Shown: positions 45,356-55,751 of the stretch, one piece after another | Layout: the number at the start of each line of letters is the position of its first letter | Numbering within the stretch: position 1 is the first letter of the stretch | IMG/VR virus record: IMGVR_UViG_3300023210_000015 | Span: 1 to 64,000 of that record | Length of the DNA: 64,000 nt | Direction: 5' to 3' (one strand) | Origin: a virus | Notes under the pieces: generated by a model | What the model was told of the DNA's origin: nothing | Database searches by the model: none | The model's input: only the letters and a program-made list of their open reading frames with translations | Translations under genes and position numbers: made by a program

Positions 45356-47275
45356 ATGCCAAAAAAACAATATACAACTATAGGAGATATGCTACAAGAG
45401 GCTAAAGATGATATAGCTGCCAAAATGGATTTGTCTTCCAGCAAAAGCATACCTGATATCGTAACATTTTGTGAAGATCAAAAATATCTTGGATTAAGAA
45501 AATGCGATGAAGATGGAAATGAAATTGCCAATTTGTATCCTATGCAAATGCTTATTTTAAAAGTATTTTATCGTGGGACGCTTGGTAATGAGGATTTGGT
45601 TTTGACGGACGAAGACATAGAACTATTAAAAGAACTTAATTTAGAAGATAATGACCATGGCGATGTCTTAGGAAAATACAATTCAAAGGCTATTTTTAGA
45701 GAATTAGTTTTGGTATGGGGAAGACGTTCAGGTAAAACTTTCTTATTCTCTATTATCGCTTTGTATGAAGCCATGAAATTATTAGAAACACCTGGCGGTG
45801 ATCCTAACGTACTTTATAGACTTGGTGGTGGTGCTGAAATTTCTATTTTAACTGTTGCTATGTCATCTGACCAAGCACACTTGGCGTTTTTGGAAATCAG
45901 AGAGAAATTATTACACAGTAAATATTTTGAAGATAAGTTTATGAGGCCAGATGGTATTACTGCTGATTCTATTTATCTGCTTACTCCAAAAGACAAAAAA
46001 GATAATGAAGACTGTAAAAAGAAGAATATCCCTCAGAAAAAGGGATCGATAGTTATCGAAGTGGGTCACAGTAACTCTAGTACACTTAGAGGTAAATCTA
46101 TTTTCGTTTTGCTGTTTGATGAGATTGCTGCCTACAAAACAACTTCTGGCCCTTCTTCTGATGAAAACATTTATGCTTCTTTAATCCCTTCTGTTAATAC
46201 TTATTTCCGTATATTTCCTGCGTTGGATAAAGATGGTAATCAAAAGGTTGATGAACGCGGAAAAAAAGTGTTCGATAAAATATTTGATGGAAAAATAATT
46301 TGTATTTCAACTCCAATGGGCAAAGAAGGTAAGTTGTATGATTTATACAGTAAAGCCCCAGCCGCAAAACACAGGCTGACTTGCAGATTATCGACATGGG
46401 ATGTAAATCCATTTTTAACAGAAGATGATTTAAGAGCAAATGCGGATTTGCCTGAAGACAAGTTCATGCAAGAGTATGGCGCTGAATTCTCTGGTACTGC
46501 TGGTGAAAACTTCTTCCCAAGAGAATGTGTAGAAGAAATTTTCAAGAAAGGTTATTCCAAGAAAATGAAAACGCATGGCGAACCAGGCACTGTCTATTTT
46601 GCTCACTTAGACCCTGCTAGTACAAGCCATAACTATGCACTAGCCATCGTGCATAAAGAACTTTCGTATAATAAAGAAACAAAGCAAATAGATTTTAGAG
46701 TTGTTGTTGACCATCTTAAATACTGGCAACCTCTGCCGAATAAGCCAATCAATGTAGATATGGTAGATGAGTATCTCATCAAAATGAAGAGTTTCTTCTT
46801 CTTCGGATTAGTGACATACGATCAATGGAATAGCGCTTCTAGTATACAAAAAGTGCGTAAGCACGGATTGCCAGCAAAATGCACAAGGTTTAATAACAGA
46901 TTTAAGATGGCAATTTATGATGAATTATACAATTTGGTTGTTGGTGGGAAAATAGTAATTCCATATAATGACTTATTGATGAATGAAATGATTAATTTAC
47001 AGAGGAAAATGACCCCTACTGGATGGCGTGTAGGACCGAAAAAAGCTGGTGGCACACAAACAGACGATTGCGTGGACGCATTGGCTGGTGCTTGCTATCA
47101 TGCAGTACAAGCCACGTTTAATAGGCTTCCAACAGGTCAAATAGTAGCTACTACAAACGGGACAGCAGGCAGAAGAATGTGGAATTCGATGCAAGGTCCA
47201 ATAGGATACGGAACAGGTAGAGAGGTTTCTAGTAACTTAGAACGCCTTAAATCGTGGCCAAGCCGTTTAAGATAA
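45356..47275 (+). CDS. terL: Terminase large subunit
   Basis: Walker A WGRRSGKT, Walker B LLFDE, ISTPMGKEG, QEYGAEF, nuclease AHLDPA...TYDQWNS...DDCVDALA. Confidence 0.9.
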   Translation: MPKKQYTTIGDMLQEAKDDIAAKMDLSSSKSIPDIVTFCEDQKYLGLRKCDEDGNEIANLYPMQMLILKVFYRGTLGNEDLVLTDEDIELLKELNLEDNDHGDVLGKYNSKAIFRELVLVWGRRSGKTFLFSIIALYEAMKLLETPGGDPNVLYRLGGGAEISILTVAMSSDQAHLAFLEIREKLLHSKYFEDKFMRPDGITADSIYLLTPKDKKDNEDCKKKNIPQKKGSIVIEVGHSNSSTLRGKSIFVLLFDEIAAYKTTSGPSSDENIYASLIPSVNTYFRIFPALDKDGNQKVDERGKKVFDKIFDGKIICISTPMGKEGKLYDLYSKAPAAKHRLTCRLSTWDVNPFLTEDDLRANADLPEDKFMQEYGAEFSGTAGENFFPRECVEEIFKKGYSKKMKTHGEPGTVYFAHLDPASTSHNYALAIVHKELSYNKETKQIDFRVVVDHLKYWQPLPNKPINVDMVDEYLIKMKSFFFFGLVTYDQWNSASSIQKVRKHGLPAKCTRFNNRFKMAIYDELYNLVVGGKIVIPYNDLLMNEMINLQRKMTPTGWRVGPKKAGGTQTDDCVDALAGACYHAVQATFNRLPTGQIVATTNGTAGRRMWNSMQGPIGYGTGREVSSNLERLKSWPSRLR

Positions 47276-47355
47276 ATAAAGGTAAATTTTTGTTTATTCG
47301 GAATGAAAAAAGTAAGTATCGGTATATCGATTAACATAATGTTCGGAGAATAATA

Positions 47356-48243
47356 ATGGTTAAATACAACCAACAGAAACAAAAAAAAGAAGCACAGATC
47401 AAGCCTTATGAAAAAATGTTGCTAGATAATCAAAATAAGTATGATACAGATGTTAAAGGCGACAAGATTGAAGATAAACTTCTCGAAGACGAGAGAGGCA
47501 CCGATGGTGCAAAAGGTGATAAAATTTATGAGAAGTTACAAGAGGATGTAAGAACTGGCTCTCCAGATAAAAATACAGAAGGACAGCTTAATGAAGGTTC
47601 GACCAAATATAATGACGCTGAACATCGCAGTGATGGTGGAGAACCATTGATGGATTATCATAAAAAGACGGAGAATGAAGAAATAGCTGATTTTACTAAG
47701 GCTAATTCTGGTATGAAAAGAGACAAGATGTTTTGGGATAAATACGTTAATTCTCAGATTCCCCCAAAGGGTGGGAACGAAAGTCTCAATGAATTAACCA
47801 AGATTGTTGACAATGATCAGTCAAGTCAGCTTTTGTCCAATTATGATACGAGAGAAGAGATGAGAGAGGCCACACCAGCCGTAAAATCGGCTTCTGCTGA
47901 CCTCAAAGACGCTGATGCTATCTTATACCATATTTACAGAGAAGCGGCTGAGAACGGCAGGGAATTGACAGACCAAGAAAAACAAGCAACTGAAGAAATC
48001 AATAGTTATAAAACAAATACATTGGTGGAGTTGCAAAAAGAAGCTGTTTACTTTCCTCCCGGTGGCGAGCAAATGCCCACTTCACCTAATGGCGATATAA
48101 ATTGGGCTTATTTCAGAGAACAGAAAAAGAAAGAAAAAGCACTAAAAGATAAAATTAAACGTGGGCCACCAAAAAAGGGGGAAGAAGACGAATGCGAACC
48201 TGGATCGCGTAAAAATCCATGCAGAGGACCGAATGTAAAATAA
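47356..48243 (+). CDS. Hypothetical head-module protein
   Basis: GGAG RBS; K-x-A motifs (KEAQ, KSAS, KEAV). Confidence 0.65.
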   Translation: MVKYNQQKQKKEAQIKPYEKMLLDNQNKYDTDVKGDKIEDKLLEDERGTDGAKGDKIYEKLQEDVRTGSPDKNTEGQLNEGSTKYNDAEHRSDGGEPLMDYHKKTENEEIADFTKANSGMKRDKMFWDKYVNSQIPPKGGNESLNELTKIVDNDQSSQLLSNYDTREEMREATPAVKSASADLKDADAILYHIYREAAENGRELTDQEKQATEEINSYKTNTLVELQKEAVYFPPGGEQMPTSPNGDINWAYFREQKKKEKALKDKIKRGPPKKGEEDECEPGSRKNPCRGPNVK

Positions 48244-48473
48244 TGAAAATCATTAAATCAAAAAAAGTTGCTCAATATATTGATGAAGGTATCAAAAGAC
48301 CGTTACATAGGGATGAAAAATTTAGAGCCACTGTTTATCTTGATGTGTTTGCAAAAGATAAAGTTGATGCTCAATCTAAATTGAATCAAATGCTTGAAAG
48401 TTTATACCCTGATTTAGATTTATTTACTATTGTTGACGTTAAATCTTGGACTGAAATTAAAAACATTGGATAA
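48243..48473 (+). CDS. Small hypothetical protein (MKIIKSKKVAQ...)
   Basis: TAATG coupling; K-x-A motif. Confidence 0.55.
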   Translation: MKIIKSKKVAQYIDEGIKRPLHRDEKFRATVYLDVFAKDKVDAQSKLNQMLESLYPDLDLFTIVDVKSWTEIKNIG

Positions 48474-48474
48474 A

Positions 48475-49002
48475 ATGAATTGGTATCATCAGATTAAAAC
48501 TGCTATAAGGGGCAATCTGGAAAGAATGAACGATCCAGATACATATCCTTATCAACATTCTAAGCCCGGCGAAATTAGCGACGGGCAGCTTTCTTATTTG
48601 ACACAATTCGGGGATGAAAGCGGGAATTCTGGCTCTGCATCTATTGGAGGTCGTAGATTCAGAAACAAAAAAGCCCCTCGTGATTGGAGTTCAAAATCGA
48701 ATGAATATGACTGGGACGGTACTTCATCTTGGAAAATGGAAGATTTACCAGAATCCGATCATATGTTTGTTACAGATGATGATTCAACAATGATGGGGAC
48801 AGGCAAGGGTGTAGACAGTACAACTAGACAAGATTTTACCGATAGTAGAGATAGATTGCCAACAGATAAAGAAACTTTTGGCCCTGACCCTCGTGGTCCA
48901 CACAATATGTGGAAACCGTGGGGCGATAATCAGAAAAGAAAAAAAAGTTTATATGACAAAACGAGAGAGAGAGTGAAAGGAGCATATCATGGCCGAATAT
49001 AG
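48475..49002 (+). CDS. Hypothetical protein with an MNWY..IKTA leader
   Basis: Likely start ATG 48475. Confidence 0.6.
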   Translation: MNWYHQIKTAIRGNLERMNDPDTYPYQHSKPGEISDGQLSYLTQFGDESGNSGSASIGGRRFRNKKAPRDWSSKSNEYDWDGTSSWKMEDLPESDHMFVTDDDSTMMGTGKGVDSTTRQDFTDSRDRLPTDKETFGPDPRGPHNMWKPWGDNQKRKKSLYDKTRERVKGAYHGRI

Positions 49003-49711
49003 AGTTAAAGTAAATCCAAACTTTTTAGGAGAGTTGACGCTTCCGTTTTTGGATGTACCAGTTACAGCGAATCAAAGGATTGTGTTAAATGAGCAGCAAT
49101 ATCGTGATGGTCTAATTCAGGGAGCGATCAAAAGGAATTATCTTATTGATGACACTCCGCAAGAAGCTGTTGTGGAAGAAGTCGTAGAGGAAGTTGTGGA
49201 AGAAGTCGTAGAGGAAGTTGAAGCTGTTCATCCAACAGAAGATATCGAAGAAGTTGAGATAGAGGAAGATATTGATCCCACGTTAGGCGAACCTGAAACT
49301 ACTCCTATCGTTTGGGATGCTGAAGAGCAAGTGGCTGTAGATGCCAAAACTGGCATGAAGAAAATGCTAAAACAATTGAAAGGCGTAGAAATGGATGTCG
49401 CAGTTGGCGATATCGATTTTGATAAAGTCGAAGAAGAAAAAAAGGTTGCAAAGAAAACTCGAAAGAGGACAGTGAAGAAAGCTGCGAAGAAAACCAAAAG
49501 AGTTAAAAAGGCCAAGAAGGCCAAGAAAACAGCTAAAAAGGTAAAAAAGGGTAAAACCCTTCCATTGCCATCTTCTGGAGATATCGAATTTATTGATAGT
49601 CCAGCCAATGATGGTGAGATTTCTTTTGTCGATGAAGAGCAACGAATCGAAAAGATTAAAAAGCATCCTGTTCTAAATAAGAAATTAGAAAATAACGAGG
49701 AAGTTGGTTAA
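48989..49711 (+). CDS. Hypothetical protein with acidic EEVV repeats and a histone H1-like Lys/Ala tract
   Basis: VVEEVVEEVVEE; KKVAKKTRKRTVKKAAKKTKRVKKAKKAKK. Confidence 0.65.
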   Translation: MAEYRVKVNPNFLGELTLPFLDVPVTANQRIVLNEQQYRDGLIQGAIKRNYLIDDTPQEAVVEEVVEEVVEEVVEEVEAVHPTEDIEEVEIEEDIDPTLGEPETTPIVWDAEEQVAVDAKTGMKKMLKQLKGVEMDVAVGDIDFDKVEEEKKVAKKTRKRTVKKAAKKTKRVKKAKKAKKTAKKVKKGKTLPLPSSGDIEFIDSPANDGEISFVDEEQRIEKIKKHPVLNKKLENNEEVG

Positions 49712-50295
49712 TGATATTTATTGATTCCGCAAAAAGCAAGAAAAAGAATAAAAAAAAAGATGATTTTTTCAAAGTATACTGGAAGCTCCTTGAGCCGCCA
49801 GCATACGTTGATTTAATGGTTGCGGATATTTTGTGGAATTCGACATTAACTAAATTAGCAAATAAGAATTTAAAAGAAGTATCACTAAAAGGCACATTAC
49901 ATAAGAATGATAGTGGATTTGTTTATGTAAAAGTAGATGATGATGTGATACACGGAATGTATACGCTGATTGATGAAGAAGGTATTAGTGAACCTCCTTA
50001 TTTTGGTAAGGGCGACAAAAAAATTGGGGCACATATTTCTGCTATTTCTCAAGATGAACTTGAAGAAAAAGATGTTGACATCAAAGACATTAAAGAAATA
50101 GGTGATGAAGTTAATTTCACTTTAGGTGAAATGTATTCTACTAACCCTGACGGATGGGATGAAATGAAGAAGGTATATTTCATTTCTGTAGACGCTCCTG
50201 AACTCAAAGAGATAAGAAAAAGTTATGGGTTGCCAGCGACGTACAAAAATAAAGGTCATGATTTTCATATTACAGTAGCAGTTGAAAAGGCGTAA
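49711..50295 (+). CDS. 2H phosphoesterase family protein
   Basis: Two HxS/T motifs: GAHISAI and DFHITVA. Confidence 0.7.
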   Translation: MIFIDSAKSKKKNKKKDDFFKVYWKLLEPPAYVDLMVADILWNSTLTKLANKNLKEVSLKGTLHKNDSGFVYVKVDDDVIHGMYTLIDEEGISEPPYFGKGDKKIGAHISAISQDELEEKDVDIKDIKEIGDEVNFTLGEMYSTNPDGWDEMKKVYFISVDAPELKEIRKSYGLPATYKNKGHDFHITVAVEKA

Positions 50296-50297
50296 AA

Positions 50298-51128
50298 ATG
50301 GATAACGTTTGGGACATTTTGACAAAAGAGTTAGCATACTATGGAGTTAACCTCACAAATTCTAGTGAATGCTCTGTCGCTTTTGGTAACAAGATAAAGA
50401 AAGCTCCAACAAAAAATGTCATAGGGAGTATTGAGAAACGTATTAGACATAACGGTTTGCTTTTGGAAGAACTGTTTAGCGAACTGATAGAACTTCTGGG
50501 ACAAACACAACCAATATCCACAAAAGACCCACTCGATGAAATCACAATAAAGTTTTTTGTAAACTCTCTCAAAGCAACATGCGATTTTGTTGGTTTTTTA
50601 TGCCATGAATGCGACTTTGTAGATAACGCTATAAAAAAGAGATTAAGTTCTGAATTACCGCAAGCTTTAAATAGAGATTATACAGAATTTCCAAAAGAAG
50701 TGATCTTATCATTGCCAGACTTAAAGATCAATATTGATTGGGTATATAGGAATATGTCAATCTTAAATTACATTAGATCGCTTTTGGAGTTCGCAAGACT
50801 TGGCCCTAACAGTATCCAAAAAATGAATATCAAAATAGCCAGAGGTATTTCTGGTCCTTGGGCCAATCTAGACTTGCCTATGTTGGAAAGAAAATTTCCA
50901 TATGCAGATATTGCTGAAGAGATGTCAGGAAGACGCAGAGATATCCGACACCAATTAAGATACGAAAAAGGCTTTATGCATTACAACGATCCTTCTGGTA
51001 AGGTGGGAGAAGGTCATTATTGGCGTGAAATACGCAACGAACCTTTCTCTTGGTCTGCCGGAAACACAGAGAGTCCATATCCATCTAGACATACCCTTTC
51101 CCGTTGGGGTTCACGTTCTTCACAGTAA
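50298..51128 (+). CDS. Hypothetical protein
   Basis: Operon ORF; KIAR motif. Confidence 0.6.
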   Translation: MDNVWDILTKELAYYGVNLTNSSECSVAFGNKIKKAPTKNVIGSIEKRIRHNGLLLEELFSELIELLGQTQPISTKDPLDEITIKFFVNSLKATCDFVGFLCHECDFVDNAIKKRLSSELPQALNRDYTEFPKEVILSLPDLKINIDWVYRNMSILNYIRSLLEFARLGPNSIQKMNIKIARGISGPWANLDLPMLERKFPYADIAEEMSGRRRDIRHQLRYEKGFMHYNDPSGKVGEGHYWREIRNEPFSWSAGNTESPYPSRHTLSRWGSRSSQ

Positions 51129-51172
51129 AGGAATTACTCTAGAATATCAGAATTATATTCTTGGAGAATTCT

Positions 51173-51652
51173 ATGTTTAAAATTTTTATCTTAGAAGATA
51201 ACCATGAACGCATTGAGTGGTTTAAAGATATGTTCAAGGGAAATGAACTAGATATAACGAAAAACGCAAAAAAGGCGATTAAGCAGATGTCTAAAAATCG
51301 TTATGATATCATTTTCCTAGATCATGACTTGGGTGAAGAGGACTTGGCATTAACTGGCCGTGAAGTAGCTAGACAAATGAAAAAACGCAAGATTGCTAGA
51401 GATACTCCTGTAGTCTTGCATTCAAAAAATCCGCATAATAGAAGAAAAATGTTAAGACATTTATTAGAGTATAAAAAGGATATTGTACGAACTATTTACT
51501 CTGATTTAAGGAAATACACATTGGCCGAAATATACGAAAAAATTAGAGTCAAGTGTGTGAGTAAAAAAGTTCGGAGGAAGTTTAGGAAAACAATTAGAAA
51601 TCTTGTAAAAGATGATAATTCTTCCGAAATTAAAGATAGGATAATAACATGA
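51173..51652 (+). CDS. Receiver-like domain protein (cyclic-phosphate-processing REC type)
   Basis: IFILEDN.ER..WF, YDIIFLDHDLG, TG.EVA, VVLHS.N. Confidence 0.75.
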   Translation: MFKIFILEDNHERIEWFKDMFKGNELDITKNAKKAIKQMSKNRYDIIFLDHDLGEEDLALTGREVARQMKKRKIARDTPVVLHSKNPHNRRKMLRHLLEYKKDIVRTIYSDLRKYTLAEIYEKIRVKCVSKKVRRKFRKTIRNLVKDDNSSEIKDRIIT

Positions 51653-52467
51653 CTAAAATATTCGTATTAGAAGATTGCCCCGAAAGAACAGAGTGGTTTA
51701 AAAAGACATTCAGCGAATGTGATCTTTGTATTGTGCAGACTGTGAAACAAGCATGTTCTGAATTAGAGAACAATGAATTTGATTTTATCTTTCTAGATAG
51801 GGATTTGGGAAATCCGCACGAGAATGGTGAAGATGTAGCGTGGCATATGATGGAAAATAAATTGGCAGAAAAAACACCAGTTATCATTCACTCTGTAAAC
51901 AAACGTGGACAAAGAGTAATAAGCCGTTATCTTGGAAGATATAAAGATAATGTCGAAGTGTTAGATTTCAACCGTCTCAAACACCATTCCGCTGACGAAA
52001 TTCTGAAGACATCACAAACTGATACAAAAACCGTTAAAGAAAGTCAATCTGTTGTTGATTTCCTTGTTAATAATTTGTCCATAGTTACAGACAAAAGTAT
52101 AAATGGTGATGTGTTCCAGAGTCGCAAGGCTCGTGCCGCTGCTGCTGTTTTTTGTATATGGAAAAACGGTAAAAACAAAATCAGTTCTAATGTATATAGA
52201 AAACCTTTACAAATATCTGAAAAAGACATACAGATTATGGAAAAAGAGAATTTTATTAAATGTATAGGTAATAATTTGAAAATTACTCCTGAAGGTTCTG
52301 AAATTATTAAAACTATGATTTTGGGAGATGATCGTTCTAGTTTCGAGAAAAAAGGAAATGAATCTATCAGCTTACACCAAGCGGAATCGAACATTAAAAA
52401 GAAAAAGAAACACAAAGAAGGTCAACGGTTGGCATCGACCAATTGGTGGGACAGATTTGAGAAATAA
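51649..52467 (+). CDS. Second REC-like domain fused to an unknown C-terminal domain
   Basis: IFVLEDCPER..WF, FIFLDRDLG, NG.DVA, VIIHSVN. Confidence 0.7.
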   Translation: MTKIFVLEDCPERTEWFKKTFSECDLCIVQTVKQACSELENNEFDFIFLDRDLGNPHENGEDVAWHMMENKLAEKTPVIIHSVNKRGQRVISRYLGRYKDNVEVLDFNRLKHHSADEILKTSQTDTKTVKESQSVVDFLVNNLSIVTDKSINGDVFQSRKARAAAAVFCIWKNGKNKISSNVYRKPLQISEKDIQIMEKENFIKCIGNNLKITPEGSEIIKTMILGDDRSSFEKKGNESISLHQAESNIKKKKKHKEGQRLASTNWWDRFEK

Positions 52468-52908
52468 ATGAATAGAGTACGCATAACAGTTTATAAGCCA
52501 ATAAAAAACATAGAAGAGAAAAAAGACATTAAACAACCTCTTCTTTGGTATGATACTTTTTATAAGAAAATGCTTAATTTTGATGCGACAGCTTTAGATT
52601 TCGACTATAGACCTGAAAAATATATAGAGTTGAACGACGGATCACGGGTGCCGGAATCAGAAGCCACAGACCAGCAAAAAAAGGAATTTGCCGTACAAGA
52701 GATTTATCTATCGAGGCCAAAACCAAGAATCGAACAAAGAATTATTCGTCGTAAAGAAATTGACAATGATGTTTTGTCTGATGTGACTAGAGATTTTGAT
52801 CCAATAGATGAGACTAAAGAAACAATGGTTTTTAGTATACCAAAAAATGAGGAAGATGATTTGGTTTTCATCCTAGAAAGAAAAAGACTTAATTACGAGA
52901 TAAAATAA
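52468..52908 (+). CDS. Hypothetical protein
   Basis: Abutting operon ORF. Confidence 0.55.
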   Translation: MNRVRITVYKPIKNIEEKKDIKQPLLWYDTFYKKMLNFDATALDFDYRPEKYIELNDGSRVPESEATDQQKKEFAVQEIYLSRPKPRIEQRIIRRKEIDNDVLSDVTRDFDPIDETKETMVFSIPKNEEDDLVFILERKRLNYEIK

Positions 52909-53324
52909 TGAAAAAGACAACATTATATGTAGAAGTCGCCGACACTCCAACAAAACAAGCGAATGGTTTGATGTTTCGTAAAGAACTAGAACCATATTCT
53001 GGTATGTTGTTCAGATTTGGTAATCCAAAAGTTCTAAGTTTTTGGGGATTAAACACTTATATTCCTCTTGATATCGCTTTTATTTCACCAGAAAATAAGA
53101 TAGTTAAAATTAGTAGAATTAAACCTTTCTCTAAGGATGGTGTATGCAGCGATGTAGATTGCACAATGGCCGTTGAAGCTAATGATGGGTTTTTTGCGTC
53201 TCATGGCATTAAAGTCGGAGATGTAATGAGATTATCTGATGATGATAATTGTGATGCGGTAATTTTTGGTAATGAAAAGGATATTGATGAGCATGAATTT
53301 ACATTGAAAGATATATTTAGCTAA
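52908..53324 (+). CDS. DUF192 family protein
   Basis: VEVADT...GLMFR..L...GMLF.F...FW..NT.IPLDIAFI...AVE.N.G. Confidence 0.85.
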   Translation: MKKTTLYVEVADTPTKQANGLMFRKELEPYSGMLFRFGNPKVLSFWGLNTYIPLDIAFISPENKIVKISRIKPFSKDGVCSDVDCTMAVEANDGFFASHGIKVGDVMRLSDDDNCDAVIFGNEKDIDEHEFTLKDIFS

Positions 53325-53554
53325 TGAAAACAATAAAAACTGCAAGATTTTCATCAAGAAGAGAACGTTTAACGGGTTTGCATGAACAAGCGACTGAAAA
53401 GTTCGAAGATTTATGTAATCGATTGGGGCTAAATAGATTGGATGTTATTGGGGATTTTCGGTTAGGAAAAAAACCTGAAAATGAAGAACTTGCTTTAGCT
53501 ATAGATGATGTCATAAAATTACAAAATTTATTAGATATAGGTGATGAAATATAA
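53324..53554 (+). CDS. Small hypothetical protein (MKTIKTAR...)
   Basis: TAATG coupling; K-x-A motif. Confidence 0.55.
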   Translation: MKTIKTARFSSRRERLTGLHEQATEKFEDLCNRLGLNRLDVIGDFRLGKKPENEELALAIDDVIKLQNLLDIGDEI

Positions 53555-54194
53555 TTTAATGAAAACATTTTTAGGAAAAAAAGTAGCTCAGACCATGGTT
53601 AGTTGGGACGACCCCGAAGGGGAGCCTGAATCTATGTATCTATTTGACGATTATGGTCGAGCGGTTTACGATAAAGATGGAAGACAGGCAAGGACTGATG
53701 AAGTGCCAGAATTGAAAGGTGGGACTACTCAATTCGGTGGAGATTTGCCCACTTTAACACCTTCTGATGTTATGGATAGCGATTATTTAGTTGACAAAAA
53801 AGAAGGAGAATTGCCTTCTGAAGAGGAAGAAGAGATAACGGAACCTGAAGAGATTCCTGAGTTTGGCTCTCTATTTCAGGCTTTCAGATGGGCTAAACAC
53901 GAACAAAAAGTAATTAGGTTGTACTATGTGACAATTAATGGTGCTTATATCATTCGTGATATAGAACCTCATGGAGACTTTTGGGCGAGAACTACGCTCA
54001 AGAGAATTCTTGTCACTTGGGATGAAACAGTAGGTGACATTAGAGCTTTTAGATTAGAGAATGTGCAAAAATATGAATTCACAGGAAAGCCGTTTGAACC
54101 TAAATTCAATTTTTCACAACGTCAGCATACTTACCGCAAACGAATGAGACGCAGAAAAGAAAGAAGGGAAAAAGCTCAACAAGGACTAATATAA
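53544..54194 (+). CDS. WYL domain protein
   Basis: IRLYY....G...RDIEP.G...LVTWD....IRAFRLENV. Confidence 0.7.
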   Translation: MKYNLMKTFLGKKVAQTMVSWDDPEGEPESMYLFDDYGRAVYDKDGRQARTDEVPELKGGTTQFGGDLPTLTPSDVMDSDYLVDKKEGELPSEEEEEITEPEEIPEFGSLFQAFRWAKHEQKVIRLYYVTINGAYIIRDIEPHGDFWARTTLKRILVTWDETVGDIRAFRLENVQKYEFTGKPFEPKFNFSQRQHTYRKRMRRRKERREKAQQGLI

Positions 54195-54223
54195 ATATAG
54201 CACAACAATAGGGATAAATAAAT

Positions 54224-55675
54224 ATGGATTCTGCAATTAAAAAATTGGCAAAAATATCTACTCATTTAGATAAAATGGGTCAAGTCAAGGTTGCTGATAA
54301 ACTTGATAAAATTTCAAGAAACATCTTAAATATTAAAACTGCTCAATATGTTGGAGTACAAGGATATTGGATGCGTAATCAGCGATGCTGGGGCAACTGC
54401 TATAGGCAAAAACGTTCCAACGAGCCGAACAAGACAGCTCAAGAAGTCTGGATGTCATGTCATGATGAATATCTTAAATACATTAATGATCCTGAAAGCC
54501 TAAACAAAGAACATAGTTGGAATAAATATGCTGATGAAGACGTTATTATAAAAACAGCCAGTGAAGAGGTTAAGGCAGCTTTAAAGTCTGAAGATGAGCG
54601 TTTCCATAAAGAATTACAAAAAAGAATTGCTCAAGGGGAAGAAATTCCTGTTGCTGTTTTCTCGTTAATTGATGAAAACCTTGATAAATATTCTTCAGCC
54701 ATCATGGATGAAGTTGAAGAAATGTTAAAAGTCGCTAAGGTATTGGATAATCATGGCGGTAAGAAAATTGCAAAAGCTATTACCGATACTGCAAATGAGA
54801 TCATAGAAGCTCAAGGCGGAATACGAAATTGGTTTGGGCGCCAATACCAAAAAGGAAAAGACGCATTAACCTGGAGGGGGGAAAAGGGACAAACAGTTAG
54901 GGCTAGGGGCTTAGTCAACCAAACTTTGAAAATGGTTCAAAAAGCAGTAAAATCTTATACCGGTGGAGATCGTTCTGCTGGTGCAAAACTAAAAAATGAT
55001 TTATTGAAACTTTTACCACAAATGGTAAAAATAGTTCACCCATTGCCTAACGGTGCGGATTTCGTTAATGCTGTTAAGGCGGTTGCCCAATCTTCTGGAA
55101 CTGAAGGTATGAGGGCCGCTTTGAAATCCATGAGAGAAAAAGCTACTAATTTTACGGCTCAGTTAGCAGGATTAGAAGCTAAAGAGAAAGCAGCACCAAG
55201 ATCAAAACCTGGGGCACCAGCGTTTCCAAGAAATAGACCAGCACCGACAGAGGCACCAGCAGGAACAGCGGCACCAGCAGGAACAGCGGCACCAGCAGGA
55301 ACAGCGGCACCAGCAGGAACAGCGGCACCAGCAACAGGAGCAACTACCGTAGATGATCATATCAAGAATCTGATAGCCATACGTACTTATTTCGCAAATA
55401 TGCCGACAGGACTTGGTGGTTTAGAAAAACCGATACAAATGATTATCGAATCATTGAGAGGAAAAAAGAATGCGACACCAGCGAAACCAGTGTCACCAGC
55501 GTCACCAGCGTCACCAGTAGCACCAACAACAGCACCACCAGTGGCAGGTGTGGGTATACCAACTAAATCAGAACCGAAGCCAGCACCGGCAGAAAAACCA
55601 TCAGGTGATTCGATGTACAAAAATCTGAGCAAAGAATTAAAGAATACTCTCAAGAAAATGGGAATAAATATATAA
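54224..55675 (+). CDS. Hypothetical head-module protein with Pro/Ala repeats
   Basis: KTAQ and KTAS motifs; PAGTAA repeats. Confidence 0.65.
   Translation: MDSAIKKLAKISTHLDKMGQVKVADKLDKISRNILNIKTAQYVGVQGYWMRNQRCWGNCYRQKRSNEPNKTAQEVWMSCHDEYLKYINDPESLNKEHSWNKYADEDVIIKTASEEVKAALKSEDERFHKELQKRIAQGEEIPVAVFSLIDENLDKYSSAIMDEVEEMLKVAKVLDNHGGKKIAKAITDTANEIIEAQGGIRNWFGRQYQKGKDALTWRGEKGQTVRARGLVNQTLKMVQKAVKSYTGGDRSAGAKLKNDLLKLLPQMVKIVHPLPNGADFVNAVKAVAQSSGTEGMRAALKSMREKATNFTAQLAGLEAKEKAAPRSKPGAPAFPRNRPAPTEAPAGTAAPAGTAAPAGTAAPAGTAAPATGATTVDDHIKNLIAIRTYFANMPTGLGGLEKPIQMIIESLRGKKNATPAKPVSPASPASPVAPTTAPPVAGVGIPTKSEPKPAPAEKPSGDSMYKNLSKELKNTLKKMGINI
55252..55333 (+). repeat. 18-bp tandem repeat x4.5 (APAGTA)
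   Basis: GGCACCAGCAGGAACAGC units. Confidence 0.9.
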
Positions 55676-55751
55676 GGTACATAAAGGATTTTTAGGAAAA
55701 GATAGACAATATAGTAAATTAGTAAAGAAAAATTACTATAAGGAGTTAGAT

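Noticed and set aside
51173-52467. Classical two-component response regulators
   Set aside because: No histidine kinase or output domain is present, and the LDHDLG/HSxN pattern fits the cyclic-phosphate-processing REC variant.
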